Source: Mobula hypostoma
Taxonomy: Eukaryota
Assembly: GCF_963921235.1 (NCBI RefSeq)
Contig: NC_086097.1
Location: 153,824,001 to 153,888,000, forward strand
Direction of reading: 5' to 3'
Length of the DNA: 64,000 nt
Part shown: piece after piece, positions 24,170-37,719 of the stretch
Numbering within the stretch: position 1 is the stretch's first letter
How the letters are laid out: every line of letters starts with the position of its first letter
Translations under genes and position numbers: made by a program
The notes under the pieces: model-generated
The model's input: the letters and a program-made list of their open reading frames with translations, nothing else
Databases searched by the model: none
What the model was told of the DNA's origin: nothing

Positions 24170-25478
24170 TTTATCAACCTATTTACCCTTTCTCTTGATC
24201 ACTTGGTCCATTTCTGGCATCTCTCTCCCCTTTCCCAAATTCTGTCTCCATCTCCGGAGGCAAACTGTTGACCAACATCTTTTATAAACTACCAATTCCC
24301 ACGGCTAACTTGACTGTATGTATTCCCACCCCGTCTCTGTTCCTTTCTCTCCACCTCACCTGTTCCCAGGACAAGGCTTTCCTTTCCAGGACATCAGAAA
24401 TGTCCGCCTTCTTCGAAGAATAGGGATTTCCTTTCCTCCACCATTGATACTGCTCTCACCTGCATCTTCTCCATTTTCCGGACATCTGCGCTCTCCTCAT
24501 CTTTCAGCCACCTTGACAGTTATGGTGCTCCTCTTGTCCTTATCTGCCACTCCACGAGCCTCCACATCCAATACATTTCTCTAAACAAGTTTCATCATCT
24601 CCAACAGGATCCTACCAATAAACACATCTTTATCCCCCCACCCCCCGGCAATCCATCTCCCTGCTTTGTACAGGGATCGCTCTCTCCATGATTCCCTTGC
24701 TCATTCATCCCTACCTCCCTATCCACTAATCCGCCTTTAGGCACTTATCCCTGCAAGCGGCCAAAGTGCTAAACTTGCCCATTCATCTCCTCCCTCATCT
24801 CTGTTCAAGGCCCCAATCAGCCCTTCTGGGTAAGGCAACACTTCACCTGCTAATCTGCTGGGGTGATCTATTGTAAAATGTGCTCCCAATGTGGCCTCCT
24901 CTACTTTGGTGAGACCCGTTGTAAATTGGGGAACCACTTTATCAAGCACCTCTGCTCTATCCTCAAAAACAGAACTTCCTGTTGTCCAAACATTTAAATC
25001 CCATTCCCATTTCTGTTCCGACATGCTTGTCTATGGCTTGCCCTTGTACCACAATGAAGCCACCCTCGGAGTGGAAACGAAACACCTTGTATTCCATTTG
25101 GGTAGCCTCCAACCTCATGGCATGAAAATTGATTTCTCCTTCCAGAAAAAAAAATGCTTCCTCCCCTTCCCCTCTTCTATTCCCCACTCTGGTCTCTTAC
25201 TTCTTCTCACCTGCCTATCACCTCCCCCCTGGTGTCTCACCTCCTTCTCTTTCTCCCATGGTCCACTCTCCTCTCCTATCAGATTCCTTTGTCTCCAGCC
25301 CTTTACCTTTTCTACCCACCTGGCTTCAGCTATCACTTTCTAGCTACCCTCCTTCCACTCTCCTACCTTTTTACTCTGGTGTCTTCCTCCTTCCTTTCCA
25401 GTCCTGAGGAAATGATGACTGTTTGCTCATTTCCATGGATGCTGCGTGACCTGTTGAGTTTCTCCAGCATTTTGTGTA
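24170..25478 (+). mobile_element. Penelope-like element 3' part (RT thumb, GIY-YIG endonuclease, terminal repeat)
   Basis: VIYCKMCSQCGLLYFGETRCKLGNHFIKHL at ~24863-24952 (GIY-YIG); pyrimidine-rich 3' region; terminal CCTGTTGAGTTTCTCCAGCATTTTG. Confidence 0.85.
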
Positions 25479-26247
25479 AGTACAATTTATCTTTCCTTTT
25501 CCATGTTCAAGATGTTGCTTTTCATTCCAGCAACCCCTCCACCTCCCGTAAATAATTCATATAGATTTGTACAGTTTCAATAACATTGTGGGTGTTACTG
25601 TGAGGTTCAAAGGTAGGAGCAAAAAATATCTCTAAGATGACAACCGTTTTCTCCTATTTCAGGTAGAATCACGACTGACGTTTCAAAGAGCCTTCTCAAC
25701 ATTTCCTTTCACTGGGAAGATTGTAATGACCATTTTATTTCAAAAGTAACATGGCAATAATAAAGGCTTCTCAGTTTTATTGTGGACTGCATAACTATAA
25801 AGATGCCTGCCTGCACCCTTTACATTCATGCACTTTCATCAGCTACTATTATTCCATAATTCTGCACAACAGATTATACTGTTCTTCTCATATAATCCAC
25901 AACAGAGCCGAATGAGCAGTGATGGTCTGACATTTTTCACTGTTTGAAATGAATTCAAAATTACAGACAGTCACGATAATGTAATAGTGCCAACTTATGT
26001 CATCCTTTTAGACAGAGAGAGTGGGATCAGTATATGTATTTAACAGTTTTTGGAAATGGCATCATCATATATGATAAGAGCAATAACATTAGGTGAAGAT
26101 TAAGCAACATATTACAATAAATTATCTGAACACAATCCACAGAAACATATTCCCCAAAGTGTGTCAGAAAAAGCTACTTCCTGTTCGCTAAGTGGCAGAA
26201 AGAACAAGCATGAATAGAGAGGAAAACAGAAGAACACTGGGATAAGA

Positions 26248-27180
26248 TGATACAAAATTGGTAGAGGGGCAGGTAGTGTTGAGGAAACAGGTAGGATGCA
26301 GAAGGACTTAGGCAAATTAGGAGAATAGACAAGGAAGTGGCAAATGAAATACAATGTTAGAAAATGTGTGGTCATGGACTTTGGTAGTAGAAATAAACGT
26401 GCGAACTATTTTCTAAACGGGGAGAAAATCCAGGAATCTGAGATGCAAAGGGACTTGGGAGTCCTTGTGCAGAACACCCTGAAGGTTAATTTGCAGGTTG
26501 AGTCAGTGGTGAGGAAAGCAACTGCCATGTTAGTATTCATTTCAAGAGGTCTAGAACACAAGAGCAAGGATGTGATGTTGAGGCTTTATAAGGCACTGGA
26601 GAGGTCTCACCTTGAGTATTGTGAACAATTTTGGGCCCCTCGTCTTAAAAAAGATGTGCTGGCATTGGAAAGGGTCCAGAGGAGGTTCACAAGGATGATT
26701 CTAGGAATGAAAGAGTTATCATATGAGGAACATTTGATGGCTCTGTGTCTGTACTTGCTGGAATTCAGGAAGATGAGGGGGGGTTCTTATTGAAACCTTT
26801 CAAATGTTGAAAGGCCTAGACAGAGCAGATGTGGATGATTTCCCATGGTAGGAAAGTCTAGGACAAGAGGGCACAGCCTCAGGATAGAAGTGCGCCCTTT
26901 CAAAACAGAGATGTGGAGCAGTTTCTTTAGCCAAAAGGTGGTGAATTTGTGGAATTTATTGCCACATACAGCTGTGGAGGCCAGGTCATTGGGTGTATTT
27001 AAGGCAGAGATTGATAGGTTCTTGATTGGACATGGCATCAAAGGTTATGGGGAGAAGGCCTGTAACTGGGGTTGAGGAGGAGATAGCAAAAAAGGATCAG
27101 CCATGATTGAATGGCGGAGCAGACTCGATGGGCCATATGGCCTAATTCTGTTCCTGTGTTTTATTATCATATGGTCTTAA
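26248..27180 (+). mobile_element. 5'-truncated CR1 LINE
   Basis: ORF 26344-26793 (MKYNVRKC..QRDLGVLV..HLEYCEQFWAP); tail ATGGTCTTA; same subfamily as 39041-41913. Confidence 0.92.
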
Positions 27181-27311
27181 GATAAGATTTCTTGCTTCCA
27201 TCTGAGGTGTCCTGGATTTACAATCAATTTCTGATCATAGTTTTGGCGATAAGGAATTTAAATGAACCATGTAATAGAATGCTAAGATATTGGTGAAGAT
27301 ACATATATTTA

Positions 27312-28342
27312 CATTCAGTGGCCACTTTATTAGCTTCCTCCTCTATTTAATGTAGTGGCCACTGAGTTTATGTCCATGGCCTTCTGCTGCATAGCCCATC
27401 CACTTCAAAGTTTGATGCATTGCACATTTTAGATGCTCCTCAACACATCACTGTTGTAACCAGTGATTATTTGAGTTACTATCACCTTCCTATCATCTTG
27501 AGTCAGTCTGGCCATTCTCCTGTAACCTCTCTCATTAACAAAGCATGTTCGTCCACAAATTGCTGCTTACTGGATGCTTTTTGTTGTCCACATCATTCTC
27601 TGTAAACTCTAGAGACTGTTGTACGTAAAAATCCTAGGAGATTGAAACATCTAGGCGAATACGAAAGGAGAGCAACAGCTGTCTGCCATTTGATCACTCT
27701 GCCACACTACTGGAGAGGGGAGAGCAAATCGCTGATTCCTGGAGAACGTTGCTGAGGTTTTCTGCACTTTGGATGTGGACTTGGCTTTAGACTTTGTTCA
27801 TTCTTATAGTGTTTTACTGTATTCTGTGTTTTTCACCTGATTTCTCTCATTTTTTTAAATGCAGGGTGTGAGGTAGGATTTGGGGGTCAATGTGCCTGTT
27901 CCATTTTGTTCATGTTTTAGTACGGGAGAAGGGATTTGGAGGTTGATGTGCCTGTTCCATTTTGTTTGTTTTTTTTTGTGCAGGGAGGGGGATTTGGGGG
28001 TTGGTGATCGTGCTGCCCTTCTTTTCTTTCTTGGTGTCATGCAACCCAGGGATGAAGAACTTCAGAGTTGTATACTTTGATAATAAATGAACGTTTGAAT
28101 CTTTAAGATCAGCAGTTTCTCAGACACTCAAGCTAATTTATCTTGTACCAGCAATCATTCCACTGTCAAAGTCACTTGGATCACATTTCTTCCCTATTCT
28201 AATATTTGGTCTGAACAACAACTGAGCTTCTTGACCATGATGCTTGCCTTTATTCATTGAGTTGATGCCACATAATTGGCTAATTAGATATTTACATTAA
28301 CGAGCAGGTGTACAGGAGTATGTAATAAAGTGGCCGCTGATG
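27312..28342 (-). mobile_element. Tc1/mariner deletion derivative with a nested insertion
   Basis: TIR CATTCAGTGGCCACTTTATTA / TAATAAAGTGGCCGCTGATG, TA on the left; colinear with 54783-55330 apart from 27643-28102. Confidence 0.85.
27643..28102 (+). mobile_element. 5'-truncated copy of the non-coding retroelement at 3978-5112
   Basis: TTGAAACATC..TTTGATCACTCTGCCACACTAC..CTTTGATAATAAATGAACGTTTGAA matches 4486-5107; flanked by GAGAT and AAGAT. Confidence 0.8.
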
Positions 28343-28649
28343 CATTTTGTTAAGAAGACACGGTGATTGTCCTGTATGTTTAGAGTAGTACAGCATTAAT
28401 ATTTAAAGGCAAGGAAGGATTTGTATTTTAACTTGCCTGTTTAACACAAAATCACAAAGAAACCTTACTGCTTATGTTATCATGATTAATGATTATTGCA
28501 TCAATACATGTCCATGGAATGCAATCTTGTGAGTTCATGTGAACAGTTGATCTAGCCAATATTGCCTGATATCATGCTTCCACCTTTTAAACGGAAGGTG
28601 CTCATTGCCTTCGATCACCATCTCAAAGGTTGGGAAGTTCGATTAACAT

Positions 28650-29378
28650 CTTAAGATTAGCTTTACTTGTCACATGTACATCAAAACATGCAATGAAATA
28701 AGTTGCTTGTGTCAAATCAAACCAGCGAGGCCGCCCTCAAGGCTCGCCACGCTTCTGGAACCAATGTACTGTGCATGTAACTCACTAACCCTAACCTTTA
28801 TATCTCGGAATGTGGAAGGAAATTGAAACACATGGAGGAAATCCACACAGTCACAAGGAGAACGTATAAACTCCCTAGAGAAAGTAGCGGGAATTGAACC
28901 CCAGTATTATAACTGGTGCAGTAATAGTATTACACTAACTGCTTGTCTCCACGGTTCAGATATGGCCCAAGTGCGGAGTGAGAGTCACTGAAGCAGGTCA
29001 ATAGATCACAGACTTCAATTTGAGAAAAGGGAAAATAAACAATAAACACTACACCATACAGGACCATTAACTAAAACTCCCAAATGGGAAACGAAGCCTA
29101 CACTGTGGCCGAAAAGAATATCTAAACATTAAACGAATACCACTAGTCTTCAGAGTTAGTTGATTTTGAAAGTCCAATGGCTCAGGGAAGGCCGAATGCA
29201 AAACAGCAGTGAAGCTTTGCTATGCTCTGTCCAAGTCTTGACAAGCACTATGACGACAAGAACATAGTTAAATACTATCACAATTAAATAATAATTACCT
29301 GACACACGCAAATTCACAAGAGCAGTTGCCGTAACTACTGCGATGCCGAATCCGTGGTTGTGACACTGCTATGCTACC
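28650..29378 (-). mobile_element. tRNA-headed V-domain SINE interrupted by a solo LTR
   Basis: Minus strand: A box TAGCATAGCAGTTAG (split by the insertion), B box GGTTCAATTCC, V core; tail like 8950-9215. Confidence 0.8.
28944..29365. mobile_element. Solo LTR (422 bp)
   Basis: TGTC...GACA termini with CCACGG/CCGTGG subterminal inverted repeat; perfect 5-bp TSD CTGCT (28939-28943, 29366-29370). Confidence 0.85.
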
Positions 29379-30260
29379 ACGTCTCACAGTTTGCAACAAG
29401 CACTTATGAAGCAGAACAGAAAGTGAGAACTTCAGTTTCCTCATACATCCCCTGGGTGCGTTGATCAGTAAGATGGAAATTGCATGAGATCTTTTCTCTG
29501 TTTGGCCCAGAAAACCATTTAGATCTGTCAAGAAAGGAGGTAGCAAACAATATCAGGCAAGGAATGAAGCACTTGGGACATATACAGAGCCTGCAGAAGT
29601 TTTACTGTCATATGTGGGTGCTCAAGGTCAGTATTGACAACTATAAATCTCATGTCCCTGAATCTGTACCAGTCATCTCATACAGAATACCCACAATTCT
29701 TTCAACTAGCAAGAATCTCTATCAATCACCACTCACACCACTCAAACCTAACACACTGTTAGCTATTCAATCAAGATCAAGATACATTATGGACAAGATT
29801 AGTCTGCACTCAGAGCAAGAGTACTAATAGCCCAGATGTCAGCTTCCCAGAAAGGTCACACAGATTGTTCAGTTCCAAAGGAAGCAAATGAGTATTTTGT
29901 TGAGGCAGCCATCAGGTGAATATTAATAGCCTTGTTCAACTAGAGTTTTGAAAAGCCTACATAAAATGTCAAAGGGTGAATTGGTGGGAGGGTAGGTTCA
30001 ACTTTACCACGTAAAAGCTTGGCATTCAGCTGGAACAAATACTTTCCAATGACCATTATATCCATTTCCTTTACTCCTGGCACCATCCTTGAAACAGCCT
30101 GTCACCAGGTCATTTTCTGTGCTCTTTCCATTTTCACCAACGCTTTGGTATAACAGAGTGACCAAAACAGTACACAATGCTCCAGATCTTGGAGCCGCAT
30201 ATCCAAGTAAGTGGAAACATTACCTCTTTCAAGTTCCTCACTAGTCTACACACCATTATG

Positions 30261-30630
30261 TCAGTCAGTCAGTGGGTGCCGTCCCCAGTCCGGGGTTGGC
30301 AGCTATGCACCTCCATCTTCTTCGATCTTGCGCTCTTTTTCTGACCTCAGCATAACTCAGCCCAGTCCATTGCCTCACATTATCATACCAAGTGGTTCAC
30401 TGCCTTCCTCTTTCCCTCTTTCCTTCTATCATCCCTTCCAATAACAATTTCTGCAGTCCACCACCTCTTAACAAGTGCCCGGCATATTCCAGCTTCCTTT
30501 TCTGCACATTTCTCAGCAACTCCTTTTCTCTCCTCGCTCTCTTCAACATTGCATTTTACTGACCTTCATCACCTATCTAATTTTCTGCATTCTCCTTAAA
30601 CACCACATTTCAAATGCTTCCAGTCGTCAT
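30261..30630 (-). mobile_element. RTE-clade LINE 3' fragment
   Basis: Minus strand RLEAFEMWCLRRMQKI...KRKLEYAGHLLR; (GACT)n tail. Confidence 0.8.
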
Positions 30631-31029
30631 TGCGCTTCCTATGCTATGCACACCATTATGACAAGGAAATATTTAGCAGAAGAACACACACAAGAAAACA
30701 AGGAAATAGGAGGAGGAATAGGCTAACTAGGCCTTTCAATAGTCCACTATTAAATATGATCATGGCTGATCTCTCCTAGTCTTCAGTTCCTCATCTGTGC
30801 CAGATTTCCATAGATCACAACTCAAATATTCATTCTTTCTTTTTTATTTTCTGTGCATTTAATACTATTTATTTCAGTACTGTGGAGGTTTGGTTACCAA
30901 TTGAAATTATTTTTGTTTATTTTCTCAATTATCGACATAACAAACACATTTCTATTTGTTACCTGAGGGTGCTTTGTATTCAATATACAGTCCATCAGTA
31001 GAGTTGAGATATAATGAGCAGAAGAATTG

Positions 31030-31150
31030 TCACAAGAGATTTTGCAGATTCTGGAAATCTTGAGCAACGGACAAAAATGTTGTTAAGATCTCAGCAAGTC
31101 CAGCAGCATCAATGGAGGAGAATAAACAGTTGATATTTTGGGCCATGACA
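31030..31150 (-). repeat. Penelope-like terminal repeat fragment
   Basis: CACAAGAGATTTTGCAGATTCTGGAAATC matches the end of the copy at 43107. Confidence 0.65.
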
Positions 31151-32814
31151 CCTGGTAATTCTCTCTTCATGCCAACACTGGCTGACAGAAAAATCACATT
31201 GAAGTTTATTTGAATGAAGTGGTTAAACCTCTCTAAAAAAAAGCTAAGTATTGGTAAATAGTTTATTTATTTTACTTTATTAATATGTTTAGGTGTTTTT
31301 CACATTTTATCTTTTAAATATTTTTAACTTTTTAAGTTCTTAACTATGTTTTTATTTCTTATTATTTTAACCTATTTGAGCAGCTTCAAATATTTCTGAC
31401 AATCACAACACAGTTGTAAAACTTTTGACAGCAGTGAACGATCGAAAGGTTGTCAGAGCAATCAAAAGGCAGGGACACGGCCTCTGAATCCACCTCCTGA
31501 GGTTCTGCGACCATCTGTAACTTTCCACGCTTCTTGAGATGACTCTTGGATGTGGACGATTTACCCAGTATGCCCTCTGCATCCATATCAGTGGAATGGC
31601 TGGACATCAATCGTATTGAGTTAAAGCAAAATTTGGATGCAGCCTAATGCTAGCACATTAGTCTACATGGAAATTGTACTGGCATGAATGAAGACAATGT
31701 CCTTAGAGTGGCTCAGATGTTGTGTTACTTTAAATACATTTTTTTCAGCAGCCTTTCACAGCATCACACCACAAATGCATTAAGTTTCACAACAGGCAAA
31801 GGTTTAAGTTATCCTATACCTTAAATTTACAGTGAAATCTATTCCAAAGAAAGAATGTTTCTCACTGGAATAGAAAAGTGAGGGGAATTACTTAGGGAAA
31901 CTGGCTTTCAGCAAAAGGCTGCCTGCAAAATGGATTAGATTCATTGATCCAGGACAGGTAATTATAACAGTGCTGGATGAAGGCCTCATTCATGAATAAA
32001 CCGTTATTCATGTTAAAAAATATGATGATGATAATGGTACAACCAATGAAGCAGCATGCAGCAATGAAGTTATGGTTCAATATGAAAATGTGCGTGTGCA
32101 ATTAATAATATATGAATCTTAATAAGATCTCATTAATTAACCGAAGCATATTTAAATATATATGTATATTAAAAAAACACTATCTTATTTTTTGTAATAT
32201 GTCGAGAATGCTGTGAGTTGCAATAGCTCTGCACTTAAGCGTCAAACCTTAAGAATTAAACAAATGAGGTTTGACAGTTCCTAATTATGGGGTTCAGGGA
32301 ATGCAGTTGGAATAATCCCATAAGCCTTCACTGTGGTTGATAACTATTTCAAGACCTTCTCATGATACTTGCTATAAAATGATTACATATTCTCTGCAGT
32401 CCCCTGTGGTGTATCATCTTACTAATAGTTTAAACAGACAGATGAAATAAAAAGTCGCCAAACAATTGAATTAAAATCATTGACAAAACTATCAGAACAT
32501 GTTTATAAGGCAGCTGAGATTTATTGTAACTTGTCCAAATTGTATTTGTTGTTCACAATTAAAATGTTCCATCTGAAGGCTTAGCAGTGCAAAACTATGT
32601 GAAGAAAACACAATCGATTATCTTGTTCTTTCTCCCTCAGCCGCAATTCACTTACGCATACAAGTTCCAGGTCATACATTTTGATATGCGCAGTATGAAA
32701 AGTTGCAATAGGCACACCCAACATGTTAGGCAGCACCTCTAAAATCAGAGTTAACGTTCCATATTGAATGCACTTCATCAGAATTTGAAAGAAGAAGATA
32801 ATAGCAAAAAATAA

Positions 32815-34510
32815 ATAGCCGGTGAAATTCAGCAGTCAAGTCACATCTGTAGAGACAAAGGGATGATCTCTGTTTCAAGTCATGACCCTGCATTGGGACT
32901 TAGAGTGTAGACAGAAGATAAGAAGATAGAGGGATTTCATTGGAGCTAGATCCTACCACCAACCAGATCCACCCCTATTCCTCCCTTTCTGTAGAGATAA
33001 CTTATTCTGTGACTCTCTGTTCACCTGATTCCTTCCCAATATCCCTCCCCATCCTGTACCATTTTCACCTGCACCTGTAAGAAGTTCAATGCTAGTCCCT
33101 ACACCTGCTCTCTCACCACAACTGAGGAACCTAAGTAGCCCTTCCAGGCGTGACCGGAGTTCATGTGCACTTCCTCCGATCTGGTCGATAGCGTTCAGTG
33201 CTCATGCGGTGTAGAGAGTGTAGACTAGATGACTATTTTGTAGGGAACTTGTGCTCTGGCCAAACATCAATTAGTAAAAAAACACATCTCATACTCCACT
33301 TGTGTAGCCTACAGGCAAATGGCATGAACATTTAAATTTTCAATTTCAGGTTACCTGTTCTCCCTATATTCCTTTCCCACTCCCATCAGTCCATTTAGGG
33401 TCTCTTTCCCTTTGTTCATCTTTTCCATCCCATTCTCACGCTATGTTACCTAGATTTGTCAACCTCCTCTCCCTGGTTCCATCTGGTAAAATAGTAAATT
33501 AGTTTATTATATCCCATGTACAGTGAAAAACTTTGTTTTACATGCCATCCATCCCACCCGTCCAGGTAATACAAGGGAAAAGCAGTTACAGGATACAGAG
33601 TAAAGGGTTTCAGTTACAAGGAAAGTGCAGTGCAAATGACAATATGGTGCAAGTCCATAACAAGGTAGGACAAGAGCCATCTTATTGTACCAGGGAACTT
33701 TATAAAAGTCTTTTAACTGTGGAATAGCAGCCAACCTCCAGCCTAGTTGGACATGTTTTCAGATTTTTTTTATCTTTTCTCCAATGGAAGGGATGAGAAG
33801 AGATATTGTCTGGTGTGGGTGGGTTTTGATTATGTTGCTTTGCGGAGGCTATCATCACCTACATACTTATCTACCTGGATTTCTTCTCCTTTATTTCACC
33901 TTCCCCTTCTTGTACTTTCTGCCCACTATCCTTTCCTATCTCATTCCATCTATCATCTACCGGTTTCCATCCTTTCCCTTCTCTCACCTACCTCTATCTG
34001 GCTTTTCCTTTTCTTTATTTTCTTTCCACCTATCACCTATCGACCTCCACCTCAATGATCTTCCTCTGCCCCTCCCACTTTCACCTACAATCCCTCAACT
34101 CACCCCTCCCTATCACTCCTGGCTATCTTCTCTCTACATTTTCAGTCCTGACACATTGACTATCCTTTTGCCTTCACAGATGCTGCTTGATTCACCTAGT
34201 TTAGTTTTTGCTTCAAATTCTATGATCTGCAGTTTCCTCTGTCCCAAGAGAACACAATAGTTTTAAGTTGTAAAGTTGTTTGATTTATAACCTGTAAAAC
34301 AGAGTCCTCCTGCTCATGTCCAATAGCCAGTGTAGGCTGTGAAAGCAGAAATAACCTAAACCATTCAGCAGGTCAGACAGTATCTGCAGAAAGAGAAATG
34401 GAGTTAACATTTCGGGTCAGGGACCTTCCATTAGGCCAAAATTGTTAGTCTGTCTGAACTGCCTGATCTACAGCTCACTGGTTTTGTTTCAGAACTTCAG
34501 CATCTGTAGT
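32815..34510. mobile_element. Cluster of old Penelope-like fragments in both orientations
   Basis: 32940-33360 resembles the coding region at 24600-25140; terminal-repeat motifs at ~32820-32900, ~34140-34240 and ~34360-34510. Confidence 0.55.
33500..33735 (-). repeat. Non-LTR 3'-end repeat
   Basis: TTTATT..ATGTAC..GAAAGTGCA..CAAA/CAAG segment shared with 37720-37965; AATAAA at the minus-strand end. Confidence 0.55.
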
Positions 34511-36549
34511 TGTTCTTTTCATTTTCACGCACTATGGGTTGATGTATAGAACCAGAAGCTCATTCCTTGTTACAAGTGCTGAGTCTGGAAGTAGCTGGAT
34601 TTTTTAAGATGCATATTGAAATTCAACACATCACCTCTTACCTCTGTAGCTGTTTAAATCAACAGTTCTGTTTCAATGACATCACAACAGAACAACAGTC
34701 CAATTGACAAAAGCACCAACTTTGGGAGGGCCAATGACCATGTAACTTAAACTTCCTGTCATCATGATTGACTTGGTAGGCTAGTGAGTAACAGCTCTAT
34801 TCTGTTCTAATGGCCCCTTGCGATTTCTGTCATCAATTCTGGGACAATAAATTTCAAGGCAGAACACAATAAGCTGACTCTGCAAAATTGTGTTAGCTCT
34901 ATCAATGCCAGGTGAATTGCTAGGCATGGTTATTTTCACTAAGCACCAGTCCCTGATGCTTGTCAGGAATTTTTTTTATGTACTATCTTGAGAAGAAGTA
35001 AATAGTATTCTTGAAATTGGTGACAGAGTGCAAGAAGAGGCAATTTGACTCACTGTTCATCGAGAAGCTGGATCAAGAGCTTTTCAACATTACTTTTATC
35101 TTTGGGGATTTTTCTTTCTTTACAGGCTCAAAAAACAACTTAGCCTTTCCCTGTGATGTCACAACCCAGAAGTAGACACACCTGGGATCTAGGTGTTTTT
35201 GTTTACTTCCTTTGCAAAATGAAGGAATAGTTTTTGAATGAGTTAAATGCAGAAGGTCTGTTCTGTTCATTACACACTTTGGACCTCCTTTGCAAAGGTG
35301 TTTTGCTGAAGACAGCCTTCACAATAACAATTCATTGCTCTGCTGCTGGTGAACTTGTAAGCTATTTCTTGCAGTCTGTGGATTTGGGTGGCCTGCTGTC
35401 TCACAGCATTAATGAGCTGGGTTCAACCCTGACCTCCAATGCTGTCGGTGTGAAGTTCGCACATTCTTCTTGTGAATGCACCAGGCCTAATTCAAAATAT
35501 TGTCCCCATTATGTAGCTGAAGCTGCGGGAATGTTAAAGAAGTCGGTTATAGGGAAAAAATGTGGAAAAATGGATTACTCTGAGCGAGTCTCAAAACATC
35601 ATCAGAAAATGTCATCTTTATTTCATAAGGAAATATGGAAATATAAATTCCGTTATAGAAAACTAGTGAAGTAAAACATTCCCACTGATAGATGACTGAG
35701 GCTTTGATATTCAGAGAAACAAATGAAATGTAGGAAATGAAGCCATATTGCCACTGTGAAGACTGGTTGAAAGAAAAAAATAACAGAAATGATATTAAAG
35801 TTGGGCTATCTATTAGTCAAGGTCACTGGGTGCAACTGGAATCCTTGCAGCCTTTTTGATTGTGATGTTTCTTTTTATCTCAGCGAGAGAGCTTTTGTTT
35901 TGCCTAACCATAACAAGTGGGTGTCTACCTGGTCAATAAGTAATCTCAGCAGTTTTACTGCAATAAGATAATCTTGAACTTGTGAAAATCCTTCAGTCCT
36001 TCTCTTATTTCAAGATGTGTGTTAGCAAAGTCACCTGAACAGTCACAGTCTGGCTGCGGATTTCGCAATCTTTGACTTTGTACCACCGTCCAGATTGTGC
36101 CTTTGGAGGCACAGTCCAGATTGTTTGGAGAATTGAAAATTGATCGTAATATTTACAGTGGAACTATGCAGGAAGCCATTGGGCTCCTCATGTCTCTGTC
36201 AGTCCAGACAGAACCACCCAGCCTAAATCTACCATGGGTATTGGTTCAGGTACAATCCATATTAATATTTAAAATTAGATTGGGTAAGTAGATGAAAGAA
36301 ATGGAAGACAAAATTTTTAAAAAATCATAGATTTCTTGCACTGCTTACCTGCCACTTATGTTGCTATTCCCCAATTAGATCCACCTGAAAAAAATTATGA
36401 AATTGCCAAAAAGATATGAGAAGAAGTAATGGATTATCTACACCTAGAATTCAGTAAGGAACTGGGACCTGTGCTGTATCCAGTAGGAGGTTGTTGAAAA
36501 ACTAAGCCCTCTTTCTATCACCAATCACTGGGAACGGTAAATGCCTTTG

Positions 36550-37715
36550 GCCACACATGAGGCTGCTTACCAAGTTAAGAGTCCATGGTATTACAGGAAC
36601 GTTACTAACATGGTTAGTACATTTGCTGATTGGTAGGGGGAAGCAAGTGGGAATAAAAGGATCCTATTCTGATTGGCTACCAATGACTAGTGGCGTTCCA
36701 CAGGGGTCAGTGTTGGGACCACTTCTTTTTATGCTGCATATCAATGATTTAGATGATGGAATAGATGACATTTTTGCCAAGTTTTCAGATGATACGAAGA
36801 TTGGTGGTAGGGAGGGTAGCGTTGAGGAACTAGGTAGGCTGCAGAAGGACTTAGGCAGATTGGGAGAATGGGCAAGAAAGTGGCAAATTAAATACAACGT
36901 TGGAAAATTCATGGTCATGCACTTTGGTAGTAGAAATTAATGTGCAGACTATTTCCTAAATGGAGAGAAAATTCAAAAATCTGAGCTGCAAAGGGACTTG
37001 GGAGTCCTTGTGCAGAACACCCTAAAGGTTAACTTGCAGGTAGAGTCAGTGGTGAGAAAGGCAAATGCAATGTTAGCATTCATTTTAAGAGGTCTAGAAT
37101 ACAAGAGCAGGGATGTGATGCTGAGGCTTTGTAAGCGACTGCTGAGGCCTCAACTTGACTACTATGAACAATTTTGGGCTCCGCATCTAATAAAAGATGT
37201 GCTGGCATTGGAATGGGTTCAGAGGAGGTTCAGAAAGATGTTTCCAGAAATGAAAGGGTTATCTTATGAGGAGTGTTTGATAGCCCTGGGTCTGTACTCG
37301 ATGGAAATTAGACGGATTGGGGGGCATCTCATTGAAACCTTTCAAATGTTGAAAGGCCCTGACAGAGTAGATGTGGAAAGGATGTTACCCATGGTGGGGA
37401 AGTCTAGGACAAGAGGGCACAGCCTCAGAGAGAGGGGCATCCATTTAAAACAGAGATGTGAAGAAATTTCTTCAACCAAAGGGTGATGATTTTGTGAAAT
37501 TTATTACCACAGGCAGCTGTGGAGGCCAGGTTGTTGGGGGTATTTAAGTCAGAGCTTGATAGGTTATTGATTGAACACAACATCAAAGGTTCTGGGGAGA
37601 AGGCCGGAGAGTGGAGCTGAGGAGGAGGAGAAAGGATCAACCGTGATTGAATGGCAGAACAGACTCGATGGGCCAAATGGCCTAATTCTGCTCCTATGTC
37701 TTATGGTCTTAGGTC
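36550..37715 (+). mobile_element. 5'-truncated CR1 LINE
   Basis: SGVPQGSVLGPLLF..KFSDDTK; tail TCTTATGGTCTTA. Confidence 0.93.
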
Positions 37716-37719
37716 TAAT

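Noticed and set aside
25640..25755. Splice-acceptor-like TTTTCTCCTATTTCAG followed by a short open frame
   Set aside because: No strong donor and no recognisable peptide; cannot be supported without RNA-seq or homology.
33747..34260. Hydrophobic Leu/Pro/Ser-rich ORFs resembling membrane proteins
   Set aside because: They come from the pyrimidine-rich 3' region of a Penelope-like element, as at 25129-25555.
35090..35240. Polypyrimidine tract plus ACAG as a possible exon start
   Set aside because: The frames I checked close quickly and I found no convincing donor or homology.
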